Assembly: GCA_034190045.1 (NCBI GenBank)
Contig: JAXHTI010000001.1
Span: forward strand, 2,658-66,657
Direction: 5' to 3'
DNA length: 64,000 nucleotides
Source of the DNA: Pseudomonadota bacterium
GTDB lineage: Bacteria > Pseudomonadota > Gammaproteobacteria > UBA6429 > Thiohalophilaceae
Shown: positions 45,574 through 54,344 of the stretch, in pieces
How the letters are laid out: the number at the start of each line of letters is the position of its first letter
Position numbering within the stretch: the first letter of the stretch is position 1
Translations under genes and position numbers: made by a program
Notes under the pieces: model-generated
What the model was told of the DNA's origin: nothing
Database searches by the model: none
Seen by the model: only the letters and a program-made list of their open reading frames with translations

Positions 45574-46224
45574 GTGAGTATTCTTCAAGGGACTGTCTAT
45601 AAATTATTATTTCTGTTTTTATGTTTGATTTTTCTCTCTTCTTGTATGACAAGTTATATGCTGGAAGAGGGAGATTATACCGAGGAGGTGTCAAGTTTTC
45701 TTGTTACTGAAGATGGCAGAAGGATGGTGATAATTGGTAATGACTACCACTATGTTTTCAAGATTGATAATAATCTACATAAAATCCTGATGTCGAAAAA
45801 CCGAAAATTTGTTAGACCGAATTTTTGGGGATTTAAGGTGGATGTTGATAATCGAATTACCGGTAATTACAGGTTGTTCGTAAAACCCGAGACCAGAGAA
45901 AGAGCTGAATGGTTTGTCGCTGCCGGCTTCTCTGAGCTTGCAAATAGAAAAGGTAATGAGAGTGAGTTGCACTTTACAGGGGGAATAAAAGGTATCAGAT
46001 ACAGGGCAATAGAAGAGATACCAGCAAAATATAAATTCAATAAAACCTATGAGATCAATATCACGGAAGAAGATGGTGGTATGGAAACAGTCACCAAGAA
46101 ATTATTTAGCCCCGTCACCGCGACAGCAGATGGTGTCCTGGTAATAGGTGGATTTGCGCTATTTGTTTCCTTTTATATGCTTATGGCTTTTACAGGGAAT
46201 TGTGATAACCCGGATATGTGTTAG
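45574..46224 (+). CDS. Putative lipoprotein, hypothetical
   Basis: AGGAGG RBS, GTG start, hydrophobic leader with lipobox LSSC, C-terminal hydrophobic segment. Confidence 0.7.
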   Translation: MSILQGTVYKLLFLFLCLIFLSSCMTSYMLEEGDYTEEVSSFLVTEDGRRMVIIGNDYHYVFKIDNNLHKILMSKNRKFVRPNFWGFKVDVDNRITGNYRLFVKPETRERAEWFVAAGFSELANRKGNESELHFTGGIKGIRYRAIEEIPAKYKFNKTYEINITEEDGGMETVTKKLFSPVTATADGVLVIGGFALFVSFYMLMAFTGNCDNPDMC

Positions 46225-46338
46225 TGAAAGTAATAGCTTCTGGTTAACAATATCTGGCCAATTTATTCTGCTAATTTAAGACAAATTATACCCGCTCCTG
46301 AAACTTCGAAATGACGCGCCTCATGAAATAACAAGGGA

Positions 46339-46752
46339 ATGTCAGTGCTACAGAATGAACTTGAAGCCTACCTCCACGAACACATCCCGCTGTCAAAAGC
46401 GATGGCGGTGTCGGTGGTGGGGCCGGGGCCGGAGAATATTGTATTGAGTGCACCACTGGCGCCGAATATCAATCATCGCGAGACGGTGTTTGGCGGTAGT
46501 GCGTCGGCGCTGGCGACGCTGGCGGCGTGGTCGTTGTTGCACGTCAGGCTTCGCAGTGAGGGTTTCACCAGTCGCCTGGTCATTCAGCGCAATATGATGG
46601 AGTATGATTTGCCGATTGATGGGACGTTTACGGCGCGGGCGTCGATGGAGGACGTGACGCAGTGGTCAAGGTTTGTGCGAATGCTGTCGCGCCGTGGCAA
46701 GGCCCAAGTGGCGGGGTCAGGTCTTGCGTTTTGCCTTATAGGTAGAAAATGA
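46339..46752 (+). pseudogene. 3'-truncated duplicate of the YiiD_C/thioesterase gene
   Basis: Near-identical to 47476-47842 up to 46705, then runs into a GGGGTCAGGTCTTGC motif. Confidence 0.8.
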
Positions 46753-46804
46753 CCAGAAGTAGCTGGGTCAAGTCTTGCGTTTTGTCTTATAGGTAGAAAA
46801 TGAC
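46714..46804 (+). repeat. 40-bp direct repeat x2 (51-bp period)
   Basis: GGGTCAGGTCTTGCGTTTTGCCTTATAGGTAGAAAATGAC (46714-46753) and GGGTCAAGTCTTGCGTTTTGTCTTATAGGTAGAAAATGAC (46765-46804). Confidence 0.85.
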
Positions 46805-46873
46805 GGTGCCTGGAGCGGTAGTGGGTTTCAATAAATGGTCGATATCTTTCGAATGAATAATTGCAGGTCGAAT

Positions 46874-47395
46874 ATGAATGTTTATCTTAAAGCCAAGCAT
46901 TGGCAGCTGTTTACTGTATTTTTCGGGTTGATTATTCTTGGTCAATCCCTCATGGCTTCTTCAATAATTAATGGTGATGCCTTTAATCCTCTTCTTTTAA
47001 TGATTCCAACATTAATTGTTGGCATGGTCTTCTTCGGATGGTTGTGGGCGATCGCCACTGCTTGCTCAAAAGTGCTTCCGAATGAACTATATTCTTCCCC
47101 TGGGTTCATGAGAGCCGGGCTGATTTATGCCCTGGTTTATGTTGTATTTAGTGGCGTGTTTTTCTTCGGTTCAGGGCCTGAGTTTCCGGGTTATATGATT
47201 ATCATGCATCTTCTGGCTATGGCGGCTATTTTCTATGCCCTTGGTTTCACTGCAAAGCAGCTTACCAAGTTAGAGCAAAAAAAAGACGTGTCATTTTATA
47301 ATTATTCCGGACCATTTTTTCTGTTTTGGTTTTTCCCTGTTGGTGTGTGGTTTATACAGCCAAAAGTTAACCAGCTGCTTGGTGAGAAGCCGTGA
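46874..47395 (+). CDS. Integral membrane protein, hypothetical (cassette-like, AT-rich)
   Basis: About five hydrophobic segments, AKHWQLF N-terminus, FFPVGVWFIQP C-terminus; ORF open from 46835. Confidence 0.75.
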   Translation: MNVYLKAKHWQLFTVFFGLIILGQSLMASSIINGDAFNPLLLMIPTLIVGMVFFGWLWAIATACSKVLPNELYSSPGFMRAGLIYALVYVVFSGVFFFGSGPEFPGYMIIMHLLAMAAIFYALGFTAKQLTKLEQKKDVSFYNYSGPFFLFWFFPVGVWFIQPKVNQLLGEKP

Positions 47396-47481
47396 TGATA
47401 GCTGGCGAAATTCTGGGGGCAGCACACCTGTTGTCAAAGCTAAATATTGATTAAGTATTATACTATAATAAGGGAATATCA

Positions 47482-47940
47482 GTGCTACAGAACGAACTTG
47501 AAGCCTACCTCCACGAACACATCCCGCTGTCAAAAGCGATGGCGGTGTCGGTGGTGGAGCCGGGGCCGGAGAATATTGTATTGAGTGCACCACTGGCGCC
47601 GAATATCAATCATCGCGAGACGGTGTTTGGCGGTAGTGCGTCGGCGCTGGCGACGCTGGCGGCGTGGTCGTTGTTGCACGTCAGGCTTCGCAGTGAGGGT
47701 TTCACCAGTCGCCTGGTCATTCAGCGCAATATGATGGAGTATGATTTGCCGATTGACGGGACGTTTACGGCGCGGGCGTCGATGGAGGACGTGACGCAGT
47801 GGTCAAGGTTTGTGCGAATGCTGTCGCGCCGTGGCAAGGCCCGGGTGGCTGTAACGTCGGTGCTGGCGTATAACGGGCAGGTGGCGGGGCGTTTTTCCGG
47901 CGAGTTTGTTGCTTTTGGTGGTGTTCCTGCTAATGGTTGA
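47482..47940 (+). CDS. YiiD C-terminal-like hotdog thioesterase
   Basis: YLHEHIPLSKAMAV, APLAPNINHRETVFGGSASALATLAAW, GRFSGEFV. Confidence 0.8.
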   Translation: MLQNELEAYLHEHIPLSKAMAVSVVEPGPENIVLSAPLAPNINHRETVFGGSASALATLAAWSLLHVRLRSEGFTSRLVIQRNMMEYDLPIDGTFTARASMEDVTQWSRFVRMLSRRGKARVAVTSVLAYNGQVAGRFSGEFVAFGGVPANG

Positions 47941-48098
47941 CTGGCTGGTCGGGCTATCCAGGAATGGGAGTATTCAGGCTGATTTCAAAATATTCCTGCT
48001 TAGAGCGCAGAGTATACTGGATTTGTAAAACTGTTCATTTCTGCCGGTCTGTTATTTTGCGCTGGCAGATTTATTTAACACAGGGTAGGGAGGCCGTC

Positions 48099-48557
48099 AT
48101 GTTACAACAATTCAGGTTGATTCCGTTTGTCCTGGGCTTGCTTATGTTAGCTCTGAGTGTTCCGGGCTGCACGGTTCGCTATGTGGCGGATTACGATGCA
48201 GAGGTCAAAGCGGAGATTCTGCGGATTGCCAAAGAGGTGGATCTGTTCTGGGGGCGCTTGCTGGATACGCATTCGGACGAGCGGCAGTATACGAAATTTC
48301 AGGCGGACTATAACCGGATCGAGTCGGATCTGCGTAATCTTGTAATGCGCAACGAGATTCGCCCTCTCAATGAGTTATCCACCGAGCAGTCGCAGATTGC
48401 GCTGGATCTCTGGATCGGTGACAAGTCCAGTCACAAGGAGAATGACACGATTTCCGATTTCATTGCCCGTCGTCACCGTCAGCAATACGTCCGGGTTTTT
48501 GTTGCCATGGCGAAAGGCGAGATAGCCAAGGAATCAACGCAGGAAAATAACAACTGA
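48099..48557 (+). CDS. Putative lipoprotein, hypothetical
   Basis: GGAGG RBS before ATG 48099, lipobox VPGC, helical body. Confidence 0.7.
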   Translation: MLQQFRLIPFVLGLLMLALSVPGCTVRYVADYDAEVKAEILRIAKEVDLFWGRLLDTHSDERQYTKFQADYNRIESDLRNLVMRNEIRPLNELSTEQSQIALDLWIGDKSSHKENDTISDFIARRHRQQYVRVFVAMAKGEIAKESTQENNN

Positions 48558-48581
48558 CACTTGACATCAAGGAGGTGAGTC

Positions 48582-48890
48582 ATGGATATCGAAGCGATTT
48601 TGAAGCAGATGGTGGCCGCGGCCAATGACGCCGTCGAGGGTGATGTGGGGGAGATCACCGACTACGCGAAGCAGATTGTCGAACAGCAGAAACAGTCACT
48701 GGAGGAGCTGGCCAAAGCACGCATCAGCGGCGAAATAGATGATGATGTATTCGAACAGGAAGTGGAACGGGAAAAGCAGGTGGTGAAAGCCCAACTGCTG
48801 GCCGTGCAGATTATGACCGAAGCCGCTGCGCAAAAGGCGGTCAATGCCGCCATCGATACATTCAAAAATGCCGTTAAAACGATTATTTAG
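48582..48890 (+). CDS. Small acidic all-helical hypothetical protein
   Basis: [10 protein letters not shown], clean 102-aa ORF in the operon. Confidence 0.75.
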   Translation: MDIEAILKQMVAAANDAVEGDVGEITDYAKQIVEQQKQSLEELAKARISGEIDDDVFEQEVEREKQVVKAQLLAVQIMTEAAAQKAVNAAIDTFKNAVKTII

Positions 48891-48933
48891 TTACCGGTGG
48901 ATTCCTGGTGGATTCATTTTCTGAGGGATTAAT

Positions 48934-49485
48934 GTGATATATCGATATTTATTGGTGATAGCCATTGTTTTGCTGTCGGGTTGTGCCGGGTTGCGCAGTC
49001 CGGAAGAGACGCGTGTCACGGTCAGCGAGTTGCTGGATCAGATTCAGATCGCGATCAATGAAATCGAAGCGCAAACCAGCGGCAGGTCGCTGCCTGGATT
49101 CAAGTACGCTGAAATTACCTTGTCGACCAGTGCAAAGGGGGCAAAAGAAGCATCCGGTAATTTTGTTCTATCGGGTGAGGGAAAGTGGAGCAGGACTAAA
49201 TCCAATACGCTGATTCTTGTGTTGACGCCGGATAAGTCCGGTAAAAAACTCACATCAGCCGCAACTGGCCGGCAACTGGCCGAATATGTGATCGGTGCGG
49301 TCGATGCGATCGACCGAAATAATCAGCTGGCGTTGAAAAAGCTGGTCATCGAAACCGGGTTTAATGTGACGACAGATAAGGCAGGGGGGCTGGAGATTGA
49401 AGTTGTGGGTATATCGGCAGGTGGGAAGCTCTCCACGACCTCCAGCAACAGCCATACCCTGAAACTCGTTTTTGAAAATCATTAA
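48934..49485 (+). CDS. Lipoprotein with tandem Trypco2-like domains
   Basis: Lipobox LSGC; two helix + beta-hairpin units (VSELLDQIQIAI...AEITLST...SNTLILVLTP; LAEYVIGAV...LVIETGFNV...SHTLKLVF). Confidence 0.5.
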   Translation: MIYRYLLVIAIVLLSGCAGLRSPEETRVTVSELLDQIQIAINEIEAQTSGRSLPGFKYAEITLSTSAKGAKEASGNFVLSGEGKWSRTKSNTLILVLTPDKSGKKLTSAATGRQLAEYVIGAVDAIDRNNQLALKKLVIETGFNVTTDKAGGLEIEVVGISAGGKLSTTSSNSHTLKLVFENH

Positions 49486-49499
49486 CTCAAAGTATTGAA

Positions 49500-49967
49500 A
49501 TGGAACTGAGTATACCGACCGTTCTCAAGGCGCTCTCCTCGGCCGGGACGGCGATGAAGGAGTTCGGTGCCTGGAAGGCACGGGCGCGCGGGGATGAGCG
49601 CGCCCTGATCGGGGAGTTGAAGGATAACCTGCATTATCTGGATCTGGTGGCCGAAGACGGGGTGCCCTTACGCGAGGTGATCGGCAAACTGTCGGTGGCG
49701 GAATATAAAAAACTGGCCAATCGGGGTTACAATTTCGACACTATCAAGAAAAAAACGATCGAGAGTTATCCGTCGCTGGAGGGAACGGACCTGGCGCCCT
49801 GGCGGGGCAAGCATACGGCTGAATTGATCGAGTCGATTTATGACAAGATTAACGAGCTGATCATCAAGTTCCCTTACGTCGAAAAGAATCAGAATTATCG
49901 CTGGGGCGCCAGGGTGAACAATATCCGCAAGCGTATCTGGTTGTTACTGCGGCACGTGCGTGGTTGA
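49500..49967 (+). CDS. Hypothetical protein (155 aa)
   Basis: ORF tightly coupled to the upstream gene, same strand. Confidence 0.7.
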   Translation: MELSIPTVLKALSSAGTAMKEFGAWKARARGDERALIGELKDNLHYLDLVAEDGVPLREVIGKLSVAEYKKLANRGYNFDTIKKKTIESYPSLEGTDLAPWRGKHTAELIESIYDKINELIIKFPYVEKNQNYRWGARVNNIRKRIWLLLRHVRG

Positions 49968-50015
49968 ATCCCGGTAAATAAGAAGAATTAACTCGGACAT
50001 AAAGGGGCTCGCTGG

Positions 50016-53015
50016 ATGGAATATCGACTGATCTGCAAGGGGAAGCTTGTCGAGGGGAGTGATGAAGCCAAAGCCATCGAGGAAATTGCCCGGCTCACCG
50101 GGCTGGATGAATCGACCATTCGGGATAAATTACTGGCCGGTCAGCGGGTCAAGCTGAAAAGCTCGTCGGACAAAGCGAAAATTGAGAAATTATATGCCGC
50201 GTTGAAAAATGCCGGTCTGGATATCGAGCTGGAATCAGGCAAAGCGAAATCCACCCGACGTTCCTCACCGGGCGCCGGTAAAGGCCCTTCATCCCGCAAA
50301 CCCGCTTCCGGGGCCAGAAAAAAATGGCTCATCGCCGGCTCGCTCACCATTTTGCTGCTGCTCGGTACAACGGGAGGCTATCTCTGGCATCTGAGCAGGG
50401 TTCCTTATCCCGCCGTGGCAAAAACCGCCGAAGCAGCACTGGCCGACGGTAACCTGGTCGCACTGGCCCACGCCAATGTCAGCAAGCTGGTCGAGCTGAA
50501 TCGCCTCGCCTTTGGAGAGATGGACCCCGCGGCTCTGTCTGTCGGCGCGGCAAAAACAGATATTCTCTCTGCGTTATTTGATGGGCCGGCCAATTTTCGC
50601 GACAACCTCGATCAGCTGATGGTGGGTGTTTATTCCGGTGGGCCCGAGCAGCCGGGTAGAACTGCACTATTACTGCTGGGCGACTTTAATCAATCCTCGG
50701 TACTGGAAACCTTTCGTCGGCATTATGCGCCGGAGACTGTCACTGGCGCAACGAACTGGTATTTGCTGAAGGATAAGCCAAAGGCGGTTAAGGCCGAAGA
50801 GGCCTGTCCGGATTATAGGTCAAAAAGCGCCTCTGATAAACCCGCCTATCTGTATGCAAACGGCAGTTCGATGTTGTTGATCGATGATCTCGACTACGGC
50901 AAGGATTTGATCGTGCGTCTGCAACGCAAGGCCGGGGCGCAACAGGATCTGACGCAATGGCAGCGCTATCGTGCCGATAAGCTGGCCAGCCTGATGATTT
51001 TTGCCATCCCGGAAACCGGCAAAGCCCTGGGGGGTATGCAGGGAATGATGATGAACCAGGCCGGCAGCGAAAATACGCAAATCCACAGTCTGGCTGCCGG
51101 CCTGCGGGCGGATCTTCTGTCGCTTTCCCTGAAGTTGAATCTGAGCCTGTTCAGTGATGATGCCGCCTGGAAGAGCGAAACCTCCGGGCAGATTACCCGG
51201 AGCATCGAAGAGCTTAAAGGCAATACCCGCAAAGTGACGCCTACCATGAGCCAGTTGCTGTCAAATATCCAGGTCAAATCACAACCAGAAAGCCTGGAGG
51301 TTGATGTCGCTCTGGATGGGAGTGTGCTGGATGATATCGAGAATGTGGTTCGGGAATCGCTGGCGGCGTTGATGGGCGGGGCAATGACCGCGAGTCAACA
51401 GAACGCGCCTGTCGAAGAAAAATTACAAAACAACCCGGTCGATTATACCGGGAACAAGGTCTTTACCAGCTTGCCGCCCTTGCAACTGGAGTCTTATGAG
51501 ACAACGCCGCTGTTTCAGGATGGCCCGTTCGCAGTGGATCTGGACAGCATAAAAAAGAACGATGACGGTCTGTTCGAGGTGTTGCTGCAAGGCAAGGCCG
51601 GGTTACCGAAAAAAGCGGACAGCGACGCTAACAATCGTACCGGTGAGCTGGCGCTGCATGTGGAGACGGTTACGGACGAGGAGGGCAATAACCTGCTTCG
51701 GGACGAGCACTGCGTGACCCCCAACGAATTGTTCGGTCGCAGTCCCAACCATGAGTCCGAGACCTCCACGTCCCTGTTTCAGAATAATGTAACGGTCAGA
51801 AAAACCCTGCGCCTGCGTCCCGATGTTCAGCCCGGGGATATCCGCAGTATACAGGGATACATCCGCTTTACATCGCCGGTCTCCGTGCGTGAATACCCTG
51901 TTCCCTTGCAGGCGGGGGAAAGTATTGAACAGGAGGGGATGCGCTTTTATCTCTCTCGTGTCGGGGATAACAGTGTGTCCTACCAGGTCTCGGGCAACTC
52001 CGGGAAGCTGCTGGAGGTTCGGGCGTTTAATGATCAGGGTCAACCATTGCGCACTGGCTGGCGTATGAGCAGTGCCGGCGATGGTCGGGTTACGCAAAAT
52101 TACCACGGGAAAGTTCATGAACTGAAAATATTCGTGGCAAGCCGAACCGTTACACACAAAACAGACTTCCGGCTCGAAAACCTGTTTACCCCCTCCGGTG
52201 ATCAAGAGGATGAGATAAAGCCGGATTATATGGCCCCGGAACAAATTGCACTGTCTGACTGGAATGCGTACAAAGAGCTGGATTTTCTCAGGCTGGAGAT
52301 CGACCCGGATAAATGGGTAACCGCTGGCAAAAAATCGCCCCCCATTGCCGAGGAACACTGGCGTGAGATCAGTCTGTATCTGACGCATACACCGTCACAG
52401 TGGAGCAATGCCCCCTGGGCCCATATTTATTTCCCCATGCTGAACAAATTGCCCGCCGTGCTTTCGGCATTCAGCTACCGGATTGAGGAACCGGCGGAAA
52501 AAGAAGGCCCCCGGGAGCACTATGTCCGGATCAGTTATCCTTACAAGACCGACACCGGCGAAGTGGTTGCCCGGCATAGCCTGAATGGCATGCCGATTGC
52601 CCAACAAAGCCTGCAGTTACGCTCCGGGCTCGAGGATGAACAACGCCTGGATGCGATCAAGGGCCGGCTGCAGGTCCGCCTGCCCATCCGGACTGCTTCC
52701 ACTACGTTTGAATTGGCCGAATTATGGGACGGCCAGTCTGTCGATGGCGTCACCGTCACACTGACCGCGCTCAATCGCGGTACCTTTGCAGGCCACAGTC
52801 TCAAAATCGAGGGCGATATCGAAAAACTGGTTAATGTTCATGGCCTGGATAGCAACGGACAAAGGGTGATGGCGGATCCCATCAATTACCAGCAGGCCGG
52901 CTACTGGACCATGACCCTGCCATTCGGCAAAGGGATCGAAGCGGTTGAACTGATCCTCGCGGACAAGCAGGAAGTTCTGACATATCCGTTCGAACTCGAC
53001 GTTCGTTATCCCTGA
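50016..53015 (+). CDS. Large single-pass membrane-anchored hypothetical protein (999 aa)
   Basis: Small cytoplasmic N-domain, Ser/Lys linker, TM (WLIAGSLTILLLLGTTGGYLW), large beta-rich periplasmic region. Confidence 0.8.
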   Translation: MEYRLICKGKLVEGSDEAKAIEEIARLTGLDESTIRDKLLAGQRVKLKSSSDKAKIEKLYAALKNAGLDIELESGKAKSTRRSSPGAGKGPSSRKPASGARKKWLIAGSLTILLLLGTTGGYLWHLSRVPYPAVAKTAEAALADGNLVALAHANVSKLVELNRLAFGEMDPAALSVGAAKTDILSALFDGPANFRDNLDQLMVGVYSGGPEQPGRTALLLLGDFNQSSVLETFRRHYAPETVTGATNWYLLKDKPKAVKAEEACPDYRSKSASDKPAYLYANGSSMLLIDDLDYGKDLIVRLQRKAGAQQDLTQWQRYRADKLASLMIFAIPETGKALGGMQGMMMNQAGSENTQIHSLAAGLRADLLSLSLKLNLSLFSDDAAWKSETSGQITRSIEELKGNTRKVTPTMSQLLSNIQVKSQPESLEVDVALDGSVLDDIENVVRESLAALMGGAMTASQQNAPVEEKLQNNPVDYTGNKVFTSLPPLQLESYETTPLFQDGPFAVDLDSIKKNDDGLFEVLLQGKAGLPKKADSDANNRTGELALHVETVTDEEGNNLLRDEHCVTPNELFGRSPNHESETSTSLFQNNVTVRKTLRLRPDVQPGDIRSIQGYIRFTSPVSVREYPVPLQAGESIEQEGMRFYLSRVGDNSVSYQVSGNSGKLLEVRAFNDQGQPLRTGWRMSSAGDGRVTQNYHGKVHELKIFVASRTVTHKTDFRLENLFTPSGDQEDEIKPDYMAPEQIALSDWNAYKELDFLRLEIDPDKWVTAGKKSPPIAEEHWREISLYLTHTPSQWSNAPWAHIYFPMLNKLPAVLSAFSYRIEEPAEKEGPREHYVRISYPYKTDTGEVVARHSLNGMPIAQQSLQLRSGLEDEQRLDAIKGRLQVRLPIRTASTTFELAELWDGQSVDGVTVTLTALNRGTFAGHSLKIEGDIEKLVNVHGLDSNGQRVMADPINYQQAGYWTMTLPFGKGIEAVELILADKQEVLTYPFELDVRYP

Positions 53016-53219
53016 GCCATTACCCTTTGCAAATGCCGCAATTCCCCGGATATGAATAGCCTGCTAGCCGCTTGTTTGCCGGGTAGCCAGGCTGAACCAC
53101 GCCAATCATTCGCTGTCTGATAAGTATCATTGTATAGTCGCTTGCACCGCAGGACGGTGCATGGCAGCTTGGCTGTGCCGCTATAATAACGGTCTGTAAA
53201 CCACAATAATAACGAGGTT

Positions 53220-54341
53220 TTGAGGATGCCCGATCTGTTTCGTGCCCCGCCGGCGCGTGTCCGTTCCCTGTGCTGGACATATTCCCTGGTGATGCTGTTA
53301 TTTCTGAATCCGGGCTTCGCGGGGGCCGCCGAGGCGCCGACGGTGGTGGTCGAGCAGGCGCGCGAGACGGAGATCATCCGCCAGGTGCCGCTCAGTGGGA
53401 CGGTCACCTCGGCCCGGGTTTCGCAACTATCGAGCGAGATCAGCGGGCAGGTGGCGTCGCTGGAAGTGGACTTTGGTGATCGGGTCGAGGCCGGGGATGT
53501 ATTGCTGGTGCTCGATAGCGAAATCGGCAAATGGGAATACCAGGCCAGCCAGGCGCAGACCGAGCAGCTACGTGCCGAGCTGACGGACGCGAAACGGCGC
53601 TATGCCGATGCGCAGCGCCTGCGCAAACAGCGCAGCATTTCGGAAAATGAAATCCAGCTGCGTAAAGCGGAAGTAGCGATCAAAGAAGCGGCGCTGAAGC
53701 GCCAGGAAGCCGAGGAGCAGCGTCAGCAGGCCCGTTTCGAGCGCCATGTGGTGCGGGCGCCGTTCGCCGGCGTGATCAGCGATAAATTAACCGAGGTAGG
53801 TGAGTGGGTGGACCCCGGTACGAGTGTCCTGGAGCTGGTTGCCCTGGATACCCTGCACGCCGATTTCGCGGTCCCGCAGGTCTTCTTTCCCCTGATCGAT
53901 GACAACAGTCGCATTACCCTGACGCTGAATGCGCTGTCCGGACGGCGCTACGAGGGTGAGATCGACGCGGTGGTGCCGGTCAATGATCGCAGTGCCCGGA
54001 CCTTCATGCTGCGTGTACTGTTCGACTCGGTCGATGCCGATATTATTCCCGGGATGTCGGTCAATGGTCTGTTGCAGGTTACCGCCGATCGACAGGGGAT
54101 CGTGGTCTCGCGTGACGCGGTATTGCGCTACCCCGATGGCCGGATCACGGTCTGGGTGGTTCGCGAGCAGGACGGGAAGTTTCAGGTCATCGAGCGCCGG
54201 GTGACCACCGGCCACGGGTTTGGCGGGCTGATCGAGATTCGCAAAGGCCTCGAGGCCGGCGATACCGTGGTGGTCGAGGGCAATGAAGCACTGGAAGCCG
54301 ATCAGATCGTTCAGATACAGCAACGCAACGGGGAACGCTGA
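53220..54341 (+). CDS. RND efflux membrane-fusion (periplasmic adaptor) subunit
   Basis: ISGQVASLEVDFGDRVEAGDVL, VRAPFAGVI, GLEAGDTVVVEG; start 53220 or 53226. Confidence 0.93.
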   Translation: MRMPDLFRAPPARVRSLCWTYSLVMLLFLNPGFAGAAEAPTVVVEQARETEIIRQVPLSGTVTSARVSQLSSEISGQVASLEVDFGDRVEAGDVLLVLDSEIGKWEYQASQAQTEQLRAELTDAKRRYADAQRLRKQRSISENEIQLRKAEVAIKEAALKRQEAEEQRQQARFERHVVRAPFAGVISDKLTEVGEWVDPGTSVLELVALDTLHADFAVPQVFFPLIDDNSRITLTLNALSGRRYEGEIDAVVPVNDRSARTFMLRVLFDSVDADIIPGMSVNGLLQVTADRQGIVVSRDAVLRYPDGRITVWVVREQDGKFQVIERRVTTGHGFGGLIEIRKGLEAGDTVVVEGNEALEADQIVQIQQRNGER

Positions 54342-54344
54342 AGC

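Noticed and set aside
46240-46320. Possible third attC after the 45574 lipoprotein gene (TGGTTAACAATATC...)
   Set aside because: An R''-like TAAC is present, but there is no complementary L'/R' arm and no matching GTTRRRY before the gene
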